A DNA stretch of 64,000 nucleotides, taken from positions 45,615-109,614 of the forward strand of contig DALO01000016.1 in the NCBI GenBank assembly GCA_002496805.1. The letters are read 5' to 3'. Position 1 is the first letter of the stretch. Every line of letters begins with the position of its first letter. This document shows positions 59,818-64,000 of this stretch, in pieces. The translations under genes and the position numbers were made by a program. The stretch comes from Methanobacterium sp. UBA353. GTDB taxonomy: Archaea > Methanobacteriota > Methanobacteria > Methanobacteriales > Methanobacteriaceae. The notes beneath the pieces are model-generated. The model was not told where the DNA came from. It worked only from the letters and a program-made list of their open reading frames with translations, and ran no database searches.

Positions 59818-61335
59818 TTATCTCCCTATGAGAATCTTATTTATTGCATCTAAAACAGCTTCAACGCTGGCCATTACCACGTCTTCCACGGTTGATCGGC
59901 CTGTGGCGCTGTTACCTTCTTTATCTGCTAAAATTACAAATACCTCAGCTAGTGCATTTGTTCCTCCGGTTATCGCCTCAATATGATATTCTTTTAGTTT
60001 TATGTCAGTTGTTTCTCTCACTAAACTTTGAATGGCATTTATGGCTGCGTCAACCGGACCCACCCCTGTTTGGGCTGAGGTTTTTATGTTACCATCAATG
60101 TTAAGTTTAACCGTAGCTGTGGGAAGTACATTATCTCCCGTAATCACGGTGAAACCTTCTAATTTTACTTTTTCTTCTTTAGGTCTTCCTATTACTGTTT
60201 CTGCGAGTGCTTGCAGATCAGCGTCTGTGACCATTTTTCCCTTATCCCCTAGTTTTTTCACTTGGTCATATAGACTGCAGAACTGATCTTCGTCCAGTTC
60301 AATTCCATAATCATCCAGTTTAGATCGTATTGCGCGGGTCCCAGTATGTTTCCCCATGATTATGCGGCGAGTGTGACCCACCATCTCTGGTTTTAATGGC
60401 TCATATGTCTCTGCTTTCTGTAATACTCCGTGGACGTGTATTCCTGCTTCGTGAGCAAAGGCATTATCCCCTACAATGGCTTTATTTGGGGGCATTTTTA
60501 CTCCAGTGATTCGGGAAACTAGTTCAGAGGTGCCCACTAAAAGTTCAGTGTTGATGTTGGTCTTAATCCCATAATTGATCATAAGAGCCATTACAACCTC
60601 TTCCAGGGAAGTGTTTCCTGCCCTTTCCCCTAATCCGTTGATTGTTGCGTGAACTTGCTGGGCACCAGCTTCCACTGCTGAAAGGCTGTTAGCCACGGCT
60701 AAACCAAAATCATCATGACAATGCACACTTATTGGAATTTCCACTATTTTTTTGATGTCAGTTATTATTTTATGCATAGATCCGGGAACCATTACCCCCA
60801 CTGTATCTGGAACGTTGATTATGTCTACCCCTGCTTCTTCTACTGCGGAGTAAATTTTTTGGAGGAATTCCAATTCGGTTCGGGTGGCATCTTCTGCTGA
60901 AAATTCAGCAATGATTCCATGGTCTTTAATGTACTCCACTGTTTCCACTGATTTTTGGAGTATTTCATCCTGATCCATTTTTAATTTGTATTTACGGTGA
61001 AGTGGAGATGTTCCAATAAAGGTATGAATGTAATCCACATCCGAATCTAGGGCTGCATCAACGTCTTCCCGTAGTACTCTTGCCAAACCACAAACTTGCG
61101 TATTCAGACCCAAATTTTTAATTTGCTGGGCTGCTTTCCGTTCACCCAGTGATGCGGCTGGAAATCCCACTTCTATGACATCTACTCCTAAGCGGTCCAG
61201 TCTTTTGGCTATTCTGATCTTTTCATCCGGTGTTATCGCAACTCCCGGCGTTTGTTCACCATCTCGAAGGGTGGTATCGAATATTCGCACCTTTTCAGGA
61301 ATTTTCATTTCTTTTTTTATCTCATCTATGTACAT
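59818..61335 (-). CDS. leuA: 2-isopropylmalate synthase (LeuA/CimA family)
   Basis: [28 protein letters not shown] and a C-terminal allosteric domain. Separation from the CimA paralogue is not certain. Confidence 0.75.
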   Translation of the reverse strand: MYIDEIKKEMKIPEKVRIFDTTLRDGEQTPGVAITPDEKIRIAKRLDRLGVDVIEVGFPAASLGERKAAQQIKNLGLNTQVCGLARVLREDVDAALDSDVDYIHTFIGTSPLHRKYKLKMDQDEILQKSVETVEYIKDHGIIAEFSAEDATRTELEFLQKIYSAVEEAGVDIINVPDTVGVMVPGSMHKIITDIKKIVEIPISVHCHDDFGLAVANSLSAVEAGAQQVHATINGLGERAGNTSLEEVVMALMINYGIKTNINTELLVGTSELVSRITGVKMPPNKAIVGDNAFAHEAGIHVHGVLQKAETYEPLKPEMVGHTRRIIMGKHTGTRAIRSKLDDYGIELDEDQFCSLYDQVKKLGDKGKMVTDADLQALAETVIGRPKEEKVKLEGFTVITGDNVLPTATVKLNIDGNIKTSAQTGVGPVDAAINAIQSLVRETTDIKLKEYHIEAITGGTNALAEVFVILADKEGNSATGRSTVEDVVMASVEAVLDAINKILIGR

Positions 61336-61442
61336 GGGAAGACCCCTTTATGGTTTGACATGACGATCTGATATTAGATGGAACTAGATAAAAAAATTGT
61401 GCTAAAAAATATCTTTTGAAATTAGATTCTGTGGTTATTTTT

Positions 61443-62237
61443 TTAGGTTCCCATACTCAAGCTCAAGAAGTTTCTGAGGCCTGGTGCTAAACCTAAAATG
61501 AATATTGCTAATTTCAACATGCTCCGAATAATTCTATCTTCAACATAAGTATCTATAACATAAAGAGCAGATAATATGACTGCTATTTTCAAAGGATACA
61601 TTACAAATGCAGTGTCTGCTAATTGAGTGAGTGCGTTGGGTAGAACGTGTTGTTCACCATACCCATAGTAGTCCACAGCGATGAATGTAGTGCTTGCATC
61701 TAATAAATGAGCTAATAAAACACTTAAATTAAATTTATCCCGTAAAAGGCCCCATTTTTTACTTAATAATATAAATGGGGCTGATATTAGAGCCCATGAA
61801 CCTAAAATCTGTAAACTCGCTATGGGGTTGAGGTGTGGGGCGTGATATATATTTGGAAGACACATGCCTGCGCCAATTGCAAGTATAATGTAACGATAAT
61901 TCCATCCAGTCTTGTGTTCAATGAAAACTGATGCTAAAACTGCGAAAATAGCTGATAAGCCGGTTAAAACATATATGCCCGGAGTTACCAAGATGTAAGT
62001 TAAAGGATATATTCCATTATCGACAAGTGCCCGGGCACTGGCCCCGAAGAATATGAAGGGAATTAATGGTATGAAAAGATCTTTTGGATCTTTTTCTATC
62101 CATCTGAACATTCTGATTATTAGGAGGATTACCAAACTCAATATTATTCCAAAAACTATAGTATTCAAAGTAGTGTAACCAGGGTGCAAGTATATAAAGT
62201 TCTCCTGGATGTACTGTAGGATAGAATCAAACCACAT
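61443..62237 (-). CDS. DUF63-family membrane protein
   Basis: PGYT..NT, RALVD, TPGIY, HLLDASTT, YGEQHVLP, ILGLAPGLRN. Confidence 0.85.
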   Translation of the reverse strand: MWFDSILQYIQENFIYLHPGYTTLNTIVFGIILSLVILLIIRMFRWIEKDPKDLFIPLIPFIFFGASARALVDNGIYPLTYILVTPGIYVLTGLSAIFAVLASVFIEHKTGWNYRYIILAIGAGMCLPNIYHAPHLNPIASLQILGSWALISAPFILLSKKWGLLRDKFNLSVLLAHLLDASTTFIAVDYYGYGEQHVLPNALTQLADTAFVMYPLKIAVILSALYVIDTYVEDRIIRSMLKLAIFILGLAPGLRNFLSLSMGT

Positions 62238-62309
62238 GGCACTAAGTATGGATTTAAAATATTTATACTTATCTTAACTTGTTAAATATTCTTAAAAATG
62301 AAAAACATC

Positions 62310-62957
62310 TTAAATTCGTTTGATCTTCTTGTTTATAACTTCTTTCAGGATGAGTGGTAGGGGAGTCCGATCTCCAAAAACATTGGTCTTCCCAGAAAGT
62401 ATCCCATTAAGTATGCTATCTACTGAAAAATCTGCTTCCAGTTGGGTAACACAACTGCCTATAGCTTCTAGAAAGTGTGCATCACTAGCACCAATTTGGG
62501 GAATTTTTTTCTCTATAGCCATTTTTTTAGCTCGCCAATTCGAGTATCCAAATATGTAACGTGAGTTTAGGGTTTCCATGGCATCCACATCCACGTATTT
62601 GACTTGGGTAAACAGTCCTTCGCGGTAAGTTACAAATGGATGGGCAGCCACTGCAATTCCTCCCTGAATTCTTATGAGATCAACAGTTTCTTCAGGGGAG
62701 ATTCCTTTCGGTATTTCTTCACTAATACCTAAGGCCACAATGTGTCCTTTACTTGTTGATACCTCCATGGCAGGTATGATCACCAGATCATCCATTTTCC
62801 CATGATCTTTTAACGCCACTTCAGAACCTTTGAGGGAATTATGGTCAGCAATGGCTATTGCGTCTAAACCAATTTTACGGGAATGTTTTATGATGTCTTT
62901 TACAGATGCAGTGGAGTCTCCAGAGTATGTACTGTGAATGTGAGGGTCAATGATCAT
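62310..62957 (-). CDS. PHP-domain metal-dependent phosphoesterase
   Basis: DPHIHSTYSGD, IADHN, EVS..GH, AAHP, ASDAH. Confidence 0.92.
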   Translation of the reverse strand: MIIDPHIHSTYSGDSTASVKDIIKHSRKIGLDAIAIADHNSLKGSEVALKDHGKMDDLVIIPAMEVSTSKGHIVALGISEEIPKGISPEETVDLIRIQGGIAVAAHPFVTYREGLFTQVKYVDVDAMETLNSRYIFGYSNWRAKKMAIEKKIPQIGASDAHFLEAIGSCVTQLEADFSVDSILNGILSGKTNVFGDRTPLPLILKEVINKKIKRI

Positions 62958-62962
62958 TAATT

Positions 62963-63985
62963 TTATCTCCTTTGCATGATTGCTTGTATCAGTCCAGCAG
63001 GACCGGTCATCATGACATCCCCTCCAGGTGCAGCGTTGTAAATTTCCAGATCTGTTTCTTTAAGAATAGCACGTTTTGGTCCTGTAGCTACTACACATTC
63101 AAAGGATCCTATTCCTTTTACTGCCCATGCCCCATGACCCCCTTCACTATGAACCTCCTCATGAGTTATTATTCCTTTTGAAAGACGAGTAATTAGTTCT
63201 TCTATCCTTCGAGGAGTGAGAAGTCCGGTGTGGTGTTCAAAAACTCCATTAATTTTTCCTTCTTTAAATGATGCAGCTAGAGTATGCCCATTTCCCACAT
63301 CCAAGACCACATAATTATTCATTTCGGCAACTGTGGTGTCAAGGACGGCTCCGGATATGGATGCAAATTTAGAGTCCATGATTGTTGGATGGTATTCTTT
63401 GAGGGTCCTAAAAACCCCTTGCATACGGGTGAAGTATTCTGGAACTTTATCATGATATGCAAAATCTTCAGGAGGGCGAGGAATGTTAAGATTCTCCTTT
63501 ATTTTTTGAAAACGAAAGTTTCTGTCACCTGTTCCTTCATGATAACCATGATCCTGTACTGCCACCCCAATATGGTCAAATTCCAGTTTGACATCAAAAT
63601 TTGATAATGCCCCATTTATAGCTGACAAATCAACGTCTTTTAGCTCTAATTGTGCAATATTTGGATGTTTTTCCCTGGATGGAACAATTTCTATGCCCAT
63701 TGATTTGACCCGTTCCAAATCATCTCTAACTGTTCGAGCAGATTGTTCTGTCATCAGCACACGATGACCTTTATCAAGGTGATTTTTAATGGCTTTGTTC
63801 ACAGGACCACCACCCATGGTATCACCAGTTAAAAAAAGATCATGATGATGTTTTCTTATCCTATCCGCCATTATTTTGGTTGGAGAGGGGAGAACCATCT
63901 TCACTGAGTTTTCAATGGAATGGTTAGTGTCATGCAGCATTATATCTTGGGTCCCTGTACCCACATCAATTGCCAGTATTTTCAT
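62963..63985 (-). CDS. DUF1786-family protein (ASKHA-like)
   Basis: ILAIDVGTGTQDI, MGGGP, AVQDHG, DVGNGHT, FEHHT, GGHGA, GDVMMTG. Confidence 0.88.
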   Translation of the reverse strand: MKILAIDVGTGTQDIMLHDTNHSIENSVKMVLPSPTKIMADRIRKHHHDLFLTGDTMGGGPVNKAIKNHLDKGHRVLMTEQSARTVRDDLERVKSMGIEIVPSREKHPNIAQLELKDVDLSAINGALSNFDVKLEFDHIGVAVQDHGYHEGTGDRNFRFQKIKENLNIPRPPEDFAYHDKVPEYFTRMQGVFRTLKEYHPTIMDSKFASISGAVLDTTVAEMNNYVVLDVGNGHTLAASFKEGKINGVFEHHTGLLTPRRIEELITRLSKGIITHEEVHSEGGHGAWAVKGIGSFECVVATGPKRAILKETDLEIYNAAPGGDVMMTGPAGLIQAIMQRR

Positions 63986-64000
63986 GTTTTACTCTTATGT

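Overview
AT-rich core-chromosome segment from a Methanobacteriales methanogen, most likely Methanobacterium. This is inferred from cfbD, tfrA, sepS, PolD DP2, alba, archaeal LeuRS and the general gene content. The window holds about 55 CDSs, mainly housekeeping: purine, histidine, leucine, riboflavin, NAD, corrinoid and F430 biosynthesis, tRNA charging and modification, and copper export. It also has one tRNA-Arg(GCG). Three real genes are missing from the ORF track: partial polC/DP2, Sec61beta and a YHS protein. There is no CRISPR array, rRNA or provirus. The main unexplained items are: (1) a ~110-nt promoter-led, three-way-junction RNA candidate upstream of ribK-ribB; (2) an internally deleted IS4/IS5-type element with terminal inverted repeats and a TA duplication, in a gap of the ORF track; (3) a cluster of five uncharacterised membrane proteins, two with three-fold internal repeats and three DUF5518-like; (4) two membrane-anchored M14-type zinc peptidase paralogues, candidates for pseudomurein remodelling; (5) a domain-permuted CbiA/CobQ-like amidotransferase; (6) an HTH-ferredoxin regulator with palindromes around its TATA box; and (7) tandem REC-PAS proteins with a duplicated beta5-Lys motif. 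All calls come from motif recognition by eye; no database search was run.
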